A stretch of 64,000 bases of DNA from Macrostomum lignano (lineage: Eukaryota), in assembly GCA_002269645.1 (NCBI GenBank), contig NIVC01001113.1, positions 292,077 through 356,076 of the forward strand, read 5' to 3'. Below are positions 54,380 to 64,000 of this stretch, piece by piece. Numbering within the stretch: the first letter of the stretch is position 1; each line of letters starts with the position of its first letter. The notes below the pieces were generated by a model, which was given only the letters and a program-made list of their open reading frames with translations, was not told the DNA's origin and did not search any database. Both the position numbers and the translations under genes were made by a program.

Positions 54380-55231
54380 ATGAACTACATTGACTTCCAA
54401 GGATTCCCGTGCAACAGCACAAGCAAAAAATTTGTTGTGAAGGAGTTGGCAGTTGTTCAAGTCAGAGCGGGAAGCTACCGAATTGCTCACCATGTGTACG
54501 CACCTCCGTATCCATGGGAGAGAGTCTCACCTGACATGCGAGTTTGCTACAGACAGCTATCAAAGAGTCTGCACCAGTTTAAGTGGAATGATGGAACCCG
54601 TCCGTACATGGAACTGGCGGAAGACATTCTGAGGATTGCCAGTGGTCCGATCTGGACAAATGGGGAAAGGAAGTCTATTTTCCTGACTGAGCTGCTTGGT
54701 AGACAGGTTTATAACCTAGAAGATTTGGGAGCACCCTCGACTGAAGATTCAGATACTGGCTGTGCAGTGAGAAATTCGTTGCTGCACTACAGTTGGCTTA
54801 AGCCAAAGTTCTGCATCAACTTAAGAAGCGAGCAGTGTCCGTGGCACACGAGCAGTAAAGTTGGCAGAAGCAGATTTGGTGAAGAAGTTGACGATCGAAA
54901 TGAGCCCACCAGCTACAGCCCTAAGAGTGAGCAATCTGGTTGGCGGAGTAGATCTGAGGCTGGATGGTGGCAGGGGCGCTCAGCTACCTCTACGGGAACT
55001 GGCTCTCAGCATGGCTCATGTGATCTACCGGCCCGTCTGGCCCCGGGTGCTCATCAAGCGGATGCGAAGTCCCAGAGTGACTCTGCTACTCTACCCTACT
55101 GGGCAACTGAGCATCTGCGGTGCCAAGACCCACGCAGACGCCAAAAGGGCTGCCCGTCGCTTCGTGGCTATGCTGCATCGGAGAGTGCCAGCTCAACTGC
55201 TGCCTCCTCAAGCCATTTGTGTTCGGATTAA
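54380..55231 (+). CDS. DEDD 3'-5' exonuclease-like protein; 3' half is read-through overlapping the TBP gene
   Basis: IDFQGF...FVVKELAV, KSLHQFKWNDG, NLEDLGAP, CAVRN pattern. Confidence 0.55.
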   Translation: MNYIDFQGFPCNSTSKKFVVKELAVVQVRAGSYRIAHHVYAPPYPWERVSPDMRVCYRQLSKSLHQFKWNDGTRPYMELAEDILRIASGPIWTNGERKSIFLTELLGRQVYNLEDLGAPSTEDSDTGCAVRNSLLHYSWLKPKFCINLRSEQCPWHTSSKVGRSRFGEEVDDRNEPTSYSPKSEQSGWRSRSEAGWWQGRSATSTGTGSQHGSCDLPARLAPGAHQADAKSQSDSATLPYWATEHLRCQDPRRRQKGCPSLRGYAASESASSTAASSSHLCSD

Positions 55232-55490
55232 AACTATTACTGCTCATGGTAAATTTAACTTCTGCAATGCTTTGTCCCTCACAAATCTTGCTGCCTCTGG
55301 CATACTGTCTTACGCTGAGTATGAGCCCGAGTCGTTCTCTGCTCTAATTTATACATTACGTTATTGTAAATGCTTGTTATTTCATACTGGTTCTTTTGTT
55401 CTTAGTGGAGCAAAATCTATGAGCATGTTGCGCTTCGACCTTTCTACGTTACATAGTTTAATCAGCCAGTTTATCACCTATCAAAAATAA
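54861..55490 (+). CDS. TATA-binding protein (TBP/TRF) homologue encoded by Maverick C
   Basis: Two TBP repeats: VSNLVG...LRELAL...YRP...LIKRMRSPRVTLLLYPTGQLSICGAKT...AARRF and YEPESFSALIY...LLFHTGSFVLSGAKS, collinear with NIV..[33 protein letters not shown] and YEPELFPGLIY..LLIFVSGKVVLTGAK. Confidence 0.88.
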   Translation: MAEADLVKKLTIEMSPPATALRVSNLVGGVDLRLDGGRGAQLPLRELALSMAHVIYRPVWPRVLIKRMRSPRVTLLLYPTGQLSICGAKTHADAKRAARRFVAMLHRRVPAQLLPPQAICVRIKTITAHGKFNFCNALSLTNLAASGILSYAEYEPESFSALIYTLRYCKCLLFHTGSFVLSGAKSMSMLRFDLSTLHSLISQFITYQK

Positions 55491-56217
55491 ACAAAAAGTG
55501 TGTTCCGTTTGTTCTTGAATGTTTGCGTAAATTCATTACGGAAAACCGCATCTTTAAATTATTTATTTTTATTTTAAAAAATAAGTTTTAACTAAAAAAT
55601 TAAAGGTGAAATGAGCATAGAATAATTGAAAACTGGGAGCTAAAACGCGTAATCAGATCTCTCCCTCACAAAAACAGAAAAGGGCATAGAACCCATTCCA
55701 AAAAGGTTCTGCCAAAAGCGAAATTGCTTAGATTGATACACGTGAATGAAGAAATTAATTAATCAAACTCGACTGACACTCATACATGTAACTGGACCGC
55801 AAAATTACTAGTATAGGCAAGAAATTTCAACAAAAGCAATGCAAAGAAATGTTTTAGCATCATGTTAAAAAATTAATAAATGAACATAAAACTCAGCAAT
55901 AAAAATTTCAATACATTAAATTTACTGACTTTGCAATTTAATATTACGAGTAGAAATCGTGCAGTTACAAGGTACTGAAATAAAATTACTAATAAATTAA
56001 TAGCTAGCATTAAGACTTCAGACAAAAAGTTCAAAAAGACACTAAAATTACGGTGAAACAGGGGAGGCAAATTGCTGCAACTTCTTCTATCTGAGATAGC
56101 AAAATTGAGACAGCATATAATTTAAACGGATAAAGGCGAGTATATGTTTGAAGAAACCAAAGACTAAATATTCAGAATAAAATGTGTAGAGGCCGTGTGA
56201 TAAAAAGTTATACTCAG

Positions 56218-59200
56218 TCACTTATTAAATTCGTAGTCTTCTTCCCGTCGCCGCTTTCGGGAGGCTGTAGCATTCACGTGCTGTTGCAGCTGCGACGACT
56301 CCGGATGAAGAAGTTGAAAATGGCCAAACGGGAGACTGTAGTTCGGTGCAAGCCAAGCGCGCTTGTCCTCCCAAATGCTTAAGGCACACTTTCGCTGCTG
56401 CAGCGTGAATAGCCTGTGTTGGATGCTAGCGATCCTGTGGATGATGACGGACATGCTACTCAGATCATTGAAGACTCTCAAGTAATCACTATGCGCAATC
56501 TCCTTCTTGACAACACATCCTTGAATGCCTTTGGCTTTTTTCTTTTCAGCAGTTGCAGTGCTAGCGAGAAAGGAATACAGCTTTGGTCTCAAAAGCAACC
56601 ATTCGAGATAGCGAGCTCCAGCTCCTTCGTCCTTGATGCAACCGAGGCGAGCTTTCAATTCATTTGAGAACAGCGGGTGCTCAGGTGAATAGTTGGAAGT
56701 GTCAAGGAGTTTCTTTGCTTTTAGCAGTGGAAGAACTTCCGACTGCACATCCATATTCTGAATGCAAAGAAAGAGCGAGTCGGTGTCTCCACCACAGAGC
56801 CGAACACGGGCACCCTCTTGCTCAAGCCAAGGCTTCAATTTGTCGTAGAATAACTCGTACATGATTAGCTTCGAATAGTCAAGAACACACTGGCCAATAA
56901 AAATCGGACGATCAAGCTTGACCTTAGTCTTCTGGAATTCAATTATGCTCAGTGAGTCGGTAATTATGATAAAGTTCTTAATGGATGGTTTTGAAGCCAG
57001 CACCTTTGCTTTTGCAGTGTTGGTGCAAATCCGAATGTCACGTCGCTTACGCACGTTTTCCATTGTTTTTCCGAAGAGCGCATTGTTTTTTAGTTTGTAG
57101 TAGTCTTTCTCGAAGCTGTTTGTCGCAGCAGCTCTTTTCACGCTGTTCATGTTAACATAGTCAGCAAATATCGGCTCCTGTTTGTACTCAATCATTCGAT
57201 TAATTCGTTTGATTTTCATTCCATGGCTCAAGTAGAATGCCAAGATAGCCGAATGAAGCACATAACTCTGCTTGTCATGGCAGGTGAGCAGAAGTTTTTC
57301 TGCCGAACGATAGGCTGCTTTGTCTCCAGTAATCTGCCTCCAAAGCTGTTGCATGTAGGCAGGAAATTCTTTGAATTTTGGTGCTTCTTTTTCTGGTGCA
57401 AAAGGCAAATCTTCAGTGGTGGAATGTATCTCTGCTGGATATAGAAGATCGACATCGAGCAGATAAGCAATTGGATCTGAGATTTTGAGCCCTCGGATAC
57501 GATCCTCGGTCCACAGCTGTAGCTCATCTTCGGAAAGCCAGCGAAATCCATTTGCAGGTAAGTTCATGGTAAGAGCTTGACCGTAAAGGTTGTTAGCATC
57601 TACTGCTAGAAGCTCGGTAGGAACAGCTTGATCAGCGCCCTCGTCGTGACAGTCATCATCATCATCATCATTGTCATTGCAGATAGTCTGATTGTCAGCT
57701 GCTTCCAAATTTTTTCTAATATCTGGAGAGTTGGCTGACACTCTGTGTATGTTCACAAATGACATGCCACCGCGAATACCGCGCTCGAATGTTGCATACA
57801 TTTGCGAATCCGTAATCAGCTCGATTCTGGATTTGAGAGACTTCAGTGCTGAAGCAAAAGATAATCCCGGGGTTGAAACGAAATGCACCGGATCAAGGCC
57901 ATCATCACGAAGGCTGAGCTTGCGAAAATTTTCAAAGACATCGGCGAGCTGCCGAATGTCAAGCTCAAGGTAGCATAGCATGTACTCTTTCAGCGTTTTA
58001 ACTTGGAATTCATGCCATGCTTTCTGTGCATGCCTGTAATCCTCATCACTGCAGTGGCTTTTAGTCAGAACGTTGTAGAATTGTTCTTTACTTGGCAGCT
58101 CGGTATCCTCAAGGACATTTGAATTAGTTAAGTAGTCGTACGGAAAAGTGCATTTTCTGAATAAAACTTCTGGAGACAACAGTGGAAACTTACTTTTTAG
58201 CAGGCTAGTGATGGTGCACTCTTCTTCTGGCAGGTTCTTGATCAGCTGAGCCAAGCTGGCGTTGAGAAATTGGTTAGAATCAATGAATTGAATGGTAAAG
58301 AACAATGGCTTAGTCTTTCCTCCCCTCTCGTACTCATCGATTTTGAAGTCAACTTTCATTGAAACAAACTGCTCAGGATTCTGTGGAATAACCGAAATCC
58401 TCCATCCATCCATGAGATCCAAAGCCGTTGACATAATGAGATGAAGGTCATAGCCTTTTAGATTGTGGAAAACCACAGGAAGAAAGCGCCTTTTTAGACG
58501 AGCCTGCATGTTGCACTGAGCACAGGCTGCACCTCGGAATTCGCCACTGAGGTGATCATGATCCCAGTGCTTTCCGCTTTCACTATCAAAGCCGCTTCCG
58601 CAGTAGTGACACGATATAGCGTCGCGGAAGCGTTGCTTTGCAGCCTCCGTTCTAATAGCCGTCTGATGACTGAACTCCGTGTTCCAGCCATAAACCTCTC
58701 GAGCTAGCTGTTCAAGGGACTGCAAGAAGTCAGAAACACACTTTTTCGGATTTTCACTCACAAATATGTTAACATCATTGTCGACTCCTATAGGTGATAA
58801 CCCTGTGAGGCCTGCTCGGTGCACCACCAAGTAACCAGCAGCAACGGCAACATGCTCTGTCAGCTTTACAGTGCTCGAACCAGCTTCAGTCTGCTGCCCT
58901 GTGTGAGGTGCATTCAATGCCTCGAAGTCGGCGTACACAATGAATGGTGGGCTGATTGTCTTTTCCCACGCCGTAAACCGAAGTACATTGTGATCTTCAT
59001 CCGGAAGTTCTTCCTGAACAAAAATCCCACCAGGCTCACAGATATCTTCACAGTGCTCATCGAACGCCTTGCTAGTGTGAAATGACAGCAGACATCGCTC
59101 ACACCACTTTCGCTGGTACAGGTGGGCTTTACTGTTCAGCAATCTGTTGATGTTCGAGACAGCACACCAATGACCACCAGCTGAGTTCTCGTTCGTGGAT

Positions 59201-60562
59201 GGTGGAAGAAACATCAGCAGGACAACTGTTCGTCCTCTCATGGTAGCTGCGCTTGGCTGTCGGAGGACTTCAGCAGCTTCATTCTCCCAGGTGAAAACAG
59301 TGAAGCAAAGGGTTGGATTTAATTCCTCGACAGCAGACAGATCGTACAAATTGATCGGCAGACTCAGTCCCGTAATGTTAATCTCATCTAGCCATTCGGT
59401 GTACGAGGATTCTCGTTGAGCTGACTTCTTAATACGGCAGTGATCTTTGTGAAGAAAGGCAAGGCACGCGTAAACAAAGCAATTTTCACCGCTGCTAGGA
59501 GGAGAAATGACGGCCTTCTTTTGAAAAAGCGCAGTCGGCAAACTAAACCCAGCCGCATGCCCCGAATAGTAGGGAGTTCGAACAGCGAGGGCAGAGCAAA
59601 GGTCGAAGAAATTTATTTTGTCAATGGCCCATCCACTGCCATTAGCGTTGTACACGTCTACTCTCTGCTCTAACTCTGCAAATTGCTGCCTCCACCAGTC
59701 ATCAAATTCCTGCACATCAACCAGCATACAAAGATTTGTACTCATCCATTTGTTTTCAACATTGACTGCTTCTGCTGCCTGCACCCGAATCATGCGCACG
59801 TTTAGCTTAATTTGTGCTCTTAGCGAACAGTTGTCAAAGGAGTCAAGACGAACTTCGAGATACTGCAGAACCGCATGTTTGACCAGGTCTAGAAACTCGA
59901 ATGGATCAATGTCAGCTGTTGGGGCGAAGCGATGAATCTGCAGTACATCATCGTGGGCACTGTTCACCAAGGAGATAACACATGAAGACCCTAAAAATAA
60001 AATCGAGAGATAAGATAGTGAAAATCGAGAAACATAAACTGAGAGTCTCATGATTGCTTATAAATCCAGCTCAATTAGCTATTCATAATAATCGATGTCT
60101 GTATTCAGAATCGAGGAGGGTGTTTTTGGATGTATACAATCGATATAGGTGTGCAGAGGTGTGCGAAGTCGAGGTGGGGTGTCCAGAGTCGAGGTGTGGT
60201 GTCCAGAGTCGAGGTGGGGTGTCCGGAGTCGAAGAAGGGATGTGCAGAGTCGAGGAGGGGTGTGCGGAGTCGAGGAGGGGGTGTGCGGAGTCGAGGAGGG
60301 GGTGTGAAGAGTCGAGGAGGGGGTGTGCAGAGTCGAGGACGGGGATGTGCAGAGTCAGGGTTGGTGTACGGACTCGGGGTGGGCGGGTGTTATTACGCAT
60401 TAATTAAAACTGAATTAGTTACACATTTCGAGTTGAAGGTTTAAAATTTTTCCACTTCAAATATTGGTAAGAAAATAATTGATTTTTTACATTAACAGAG
60501 TGGCAAAACTCACCTGCTCCTTCACCTGCTCTTCGCCTAGAACATGTTGTAGGATCCTGCAT
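56218..60562 (-). CDS. polB: Protein-primed DNA polymerase B of element C; predicted exon 1 60562-60514, intron 60513-59991, exon 2 59990-56218
   Basis: Uninterrupted ORF with CHYC...DHDHLSGEFRGAACAQCN, VDANNLYG, YKLKNNALFGKT and GDTDSLF; the GTGAGT donor and TTTTTAG acceptor join in frame. Confidence 0.92.
60150..60360. repeat. About 19-21 bp minisatellite (GTGCAGAGTCGAGGAGGGG) inside the predicted polB intron
   Basis: About 10 tandem units. Confidence 0.9.
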
Positions 60563-61324
60563 GTTGCGACTGCCGGCTGCCAGGCAATGCTGATGCAGAT
60601 TTGTCTGCTTCCAGCTTCGAATTGATCAATTTTAAGGCCAATGGCAATGCTTAGCTTAAAAAGGAATAATTAAGAAAAATGCAAAGTAGAGATCGAATCT
60701 AGTTAAGATGCTCTTATTCTATTCGCGATATTGAGACTTAGCAACGAGCACCAAGCTATAGAAAAGCAGCCCGCGGATAGTAAAAACCTCAAAATCAAAA
60801 CTAATAGTCGAGTAATGCGAATAGGTTGCCATGATGCGATAGCTTTTAGCATCAAATCCACCGATACGAGTTGATTTGCTATTTTACTGTCTAGTTTGCG
60901 TTTTTTTCTAAAAATAATTCAATGTTTATTATGAGAAAAAAACAATGCAAAAACAACGTGTATTTGGTATAAACGGCTTTGTAGCAAGAAAATAATTTAG
61001 AAGAAGAAACTTTTATTTAGCATTAAATTACAAACTTTCTGCATAGAAAGCAGTATAATTCATTATAAGCTACCATGTACATTCTTGCTCTCCTAATAAC
61101 TAAATATTGGTATCAAAGAGCCTCCAGCTTGATAAACTGCTTAGCCCAGCCCAACGAGATAAATCACAGGTAACATGCACTGAAAAGATTAATTTAATTT
61201 AAGCAGTTTTTAACTTCTTTTAGAGCTCCTCCCCTTATCAAAAGTCCACTCATTTTTGTAGAACTTTTTTTGCGTGCTAAAAATTCGTTTCCCTTGCCAA
61301 CAAAATACTCCAGGCTAAAGCAAA

Positions 61325-62308
61325 TTAAGAGTTACTCAAGCGAATACGGATCCCCCCTCCAAAGTCAATTGAGTACTCGCCCACAACGCTACTCGGTAGG
61401 ACGAATTGAAGGCAAACTGACGGTGCAGCCATCGGTTCAGCGGCTTGGACTCCTGCTGATTGTTGAACCACCGGTGGGGTAGCATGAGGTTCGACTCCTG
61501 CTGATTGTGGAAACTCTGGTACCACCGGTGGGGTAGCATGAGGTTCGAAATCTCGTAGGAGATCAGACAGGCTGGCATCCGCCATCATTCCAGCCATATT
61601 TTTTCCAGCGACTGGAACAGCCCTGTGCGGTGGCTGCTGCTCGACCGTGGCTTTTTCGTTCGTCTCCTCCGGCTCCAACTCGTGCTCCTCAAAGAAAGCC
61701 GTGTCCAATTCTGGCGGAGCAACAAAATCAGCGGCAGCAGCATCATCGTCATGGCGATTTACCGGTGTCTGAAGACTGAGAGCACCAGCCGCTGGAACGT
61801 CAACGCTGGCAGCTTGATGGTCGATGCCAGCAGGTCCAGGAGCAGCAGCTGGATAGTCGACGCTGGCAGGTCCAGGAAGGCTGGCAACATCAGCTGGATG
61901 CTGATCTGCAGCAGCAAGTGCAACGGAAATCAAATCAAAAGTACATGTAGTTGAAATTATTGCAGATTGATTTCGCACACCTTGAATCGTCTGGCTCAGG
62001 GTGCTGACCGGGGCTCGATGACGCTCGATCATGTTGAGTTGCTCCTGGCGGTGGGCGGCCTCCAGTACAGTAAAGCGGGCTCGTTCGATGCTATCAGGCG
62101 AGCTCCAATTAATGATGGTGTGATTTTTATGGGCCCGAACTTGGCGGCGCACATTGAACAGCTCAGTTGTCTGGCACTCGTGGCAAAGCAACCAGCGACT
62201 TATAATGCAGCTGTCTTTTTTGTTATGGAGCTTTAACCCACCGAGCTCACATGAATTGCAGCTGATGCACACCTCGTGCACGTAGGATGGACACCGAGAT
62301 TTATTCAT
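61325..62308 (-). CDS. Cys/His-rich, acidic/Pro-rich putative regulatory protein with an LxCxE motif
   Basis: N-terminal CxxC/H clusters (CISCNSC, LLCHEC, HKNH), long acidic Ala/Pro region, duplicated VEPHATPPVV. Confidence 0.6.
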   Translation of the reverse strand: MNKSRCPSYVHEVCISCNSCELGGLKLHNKKDSCIISRWLLCHECQTTELFNVRRQVRAHKNHTIINWSSPDSIERARFTVLEAAHRQEQLNMIERHRAPVSTLSQTIQGVRNQSAIISTTCTFDLISVALAAADQHPADVASLPGPASVDYPAAAPGPAGIDHQAASVDVPAAGALSLQTPVNRHDDDAAAADFVAPPELDTAFFEEHELEPEETNEKATVEQQPPHRAVPVAGKNMAGMMADASLSDLLRDFEPHATPPVVPEFPQSAGVEPHATPPVVQQSAGVQAAEPMAAPSVCLQFVLPSSVVGEYSIDFGGGIRIRLSNS

Positions 62309-63785
62309 TATTTAAAAATCTATGAGAAATTTAGTTTAAAATAAAATTTAAATTTAAACTTCTCATATGCACATATTTAGCCTCTTATATACCCACTTCA
62401 ACCAAATCTGTGTTAATAAAAACATAGCCGCTATGTTTTCAGCTTTGCTATGTTTACAGTCAGCCACCCAATGTCCAATGATTTCATCAGCGCATCCAGG
62501 TATTGAGCCCTTGTTAAATTCCCGCACGCCCCGCTAAATTCTTTTGAATACGCCGCCAACTTTACCCCACCCAGTCGAGGGTGGCAATAAAACTACTGAT
62601 AACTGAGCACTCTCTCCTTTCAGCAACAAAGCCGCCGCCGCCGCCAGCTCCCAGACAGCGGGAGAGAGAGAGGCTTGGCTACCACTATTTTTGTTTACAG
62701 AAGTTTGTTATTACCGATAAAATTATATAATAAAGTATTAGTATAATACTGAATACAATAAAATACCGCTGATATTTGCCAATCGTTCAACACAATTTCT
62801 AGAGATTCCCCTAGCTCGCCTCTGTGCATACTTGCGGATTCCCCCATGAGGTGCCTATGTACTCTCATTAGGAGTCTACGGAATTCCCATGGCTTTGCCT
62901 GCGGCAGAGTTGAGCTATGCAAACACATAGGCGCCCTTCTGATCCGGGCCCACGGAATTTCCGTGGCTTTCCCTGCGGCAGAGTTGTGTTATCCTCTACT
63001 ACTCATATAGATATGTTACTGAGTAGTCATTGATGCATAAGCATGCACTTTTGTAGTCTGCGCCCCCCCCCGTTCAAAAATTTCTAGATCCGCAACTGAA
63101 GCCTTTTATGTTAAAACTATTGCCAATTTATTCCTTAATTGGCCATTATTGCTTGTGAGAGTAGACTATGCACTCAGCAGCATGTTAATAGCTTCCACGC
63201 CGAAGACAGACAAACAGACAGACAGACAGACCGACAGTTTTTCTGGACGCCTAGAAAAATGTACATTTAAAATCTGTTGGTGACACAAAAAATTTAAGGC
63301 TTAAAGCTACTCTTGTGCTTAAGTGAAAATGTACTAAAATGTGTCCAGCGGTGTCGGAACATATTTCAAAGTGGGGGGGGGCTATTGGTGGGAGGGCACA
63401 TTGCAAATTATTTTTTTAATCTAAAGGCACCCTAACTCCCTGCTTGCGACATTAATTGTGACAACCAGGCAATATTCGATTCTGTGTTGGAAGTGGCCAA
63501 AGTCAGAAAAGTTCGAATTTTCAACTAATTCAAACAGTGCGCAACTGCACTGCACTATCAATTTATTTAGTAAATACCTCAAATGATTGAAAATTGCCAG
63601 GCAAGACCAGTAATTTTCTGGATCTCTTGGCTGCCTCCTTCAGTTCCTCTTGGCGCCGTCTCATTATTTTATGTGACGGCATTTTTTGTGCTTTTAGTTG
63701 CGCGCCAGAAGCGGTTTAAGTCTAGGGATTGCGGCGGACTCGGAATTTCGATCAGAGATTTAGTAAAAGAGCTGAATACTAAAAC

Positions 63786-63900
63786 AGGGGTTGGCGAACT
63801 CCGGCCTGAGGGCCAAATGTGGCCCGCAAAGCCTCTCTATCCGGCCCTTGGGCTTGGGTCCCTTGAATCTTCACAATAGCAATCTGGCCCGCTTGATGTT
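63786..63900 (+). mobile_element. hAT-Charlie-like MITE 5' end
   Basis: caggggttggcgaactccggcc...gggccaaatgtggcccgc is typical of Charlie/MER-type ends. Confidence 0.55.
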
Positions 63901-64000
63901 TGTGTCTCTTCTCAGCTCTCTTCCCTCACCTCTCTCTTCTCATATTTTCCTGTCCTGTCCTCTCCTCTCGTTTCCTCTCCTCTCTCCTCTCCTCTCCTCT
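63900..64000. repeat. CT-rich microsatellite (CCTCT)n
   Basis: Direct inspection. Confidence 0.9.

Larger units (their letters stand above)
47071..63003 (+). mobile_element. Complete Maverick/Polinton element C (15,933 bp)
   Basis: AGTAGTAGAGG...CCTCTACTACT; 155-bp TIRs (47071-47225 and 62849-63003, 2 mismatches); 6-bp TSD gatata/catata; full core gene set. Confidence 0.97.
45971..63098. mobile_element. hAT-type MITE (about 230 bp when empty) hosting two MITEs and Maverick C
   Basis: cagtagcggatttaga / tctagatccgcaactg TIRs (2 mismatches); perfect 8-bp TSD aagccttt at 45963-45970 and 63099-63106. Confidence 0.85.

Noticed and set aside
54861-55490. TBP as a host gene into which the Maverick assembled by chance
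   Set aside because: It is intronless, highly diverged, flanked on both sides by viral genes and enclosed by matching TIRs and a TSD.
56182-59935. Many short + strand ORFs antisense to polB
   Set aside because: Shadow ORFs of a long coding sequence with no independent signals.
60054-60444. ORFs with CAESRRG/LDSAHP repeats
   Set aside because: Translations of the intronic minisatellite.

Overview
Eukaryotic (probably invertebrate animal) repeat-dense window with no recognisable intact host gene. It is dominated by integrated Maverick/Polinton (adintovirus-like) dsDNA virus elements. (C) A complete element spans 47071-63003, with 155-bp AGTAGT-terminated TIRs and a 6-bp TSD, nested inside a hAT-type MITE. 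It carries integrase-chromodomain, penton, MCP, adenain, packaging ATPase and an apparently spliced, intact protein-primed PolB. Unexpectedly, it also carries a TATA-binding-protein (TBP) homologue, a tandem-PC4 protein and a Cys-rich LxCxE protein. (B) A bounded but decayed element of a different family spans 15856-31391 (TSD ACAGTA) with PLA2, integrase, pPolB, adenain, gasdermin-X-like, ATPase, MCP and penton genes. (A) An inverted terminal fragment of a B relative lies at about 4800-8466. (D) Remnants of a further viral element carry a primpol-PriCT2-D5 primase pseudogene, and a 314-bp mini-element has Maverick ends. Also present: a full-length mariner with a DD34N triad, a Gypsy-like LTR element with unusual accessory ORFs, hAT, Tc1 and MULE-like remnants, nested MITEs and minisatellites. 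All family assignments come from motif recognition by eye; no database search was run. The most notable signal is the virus-borne TBP/PC4 transcription-factor module in element C.
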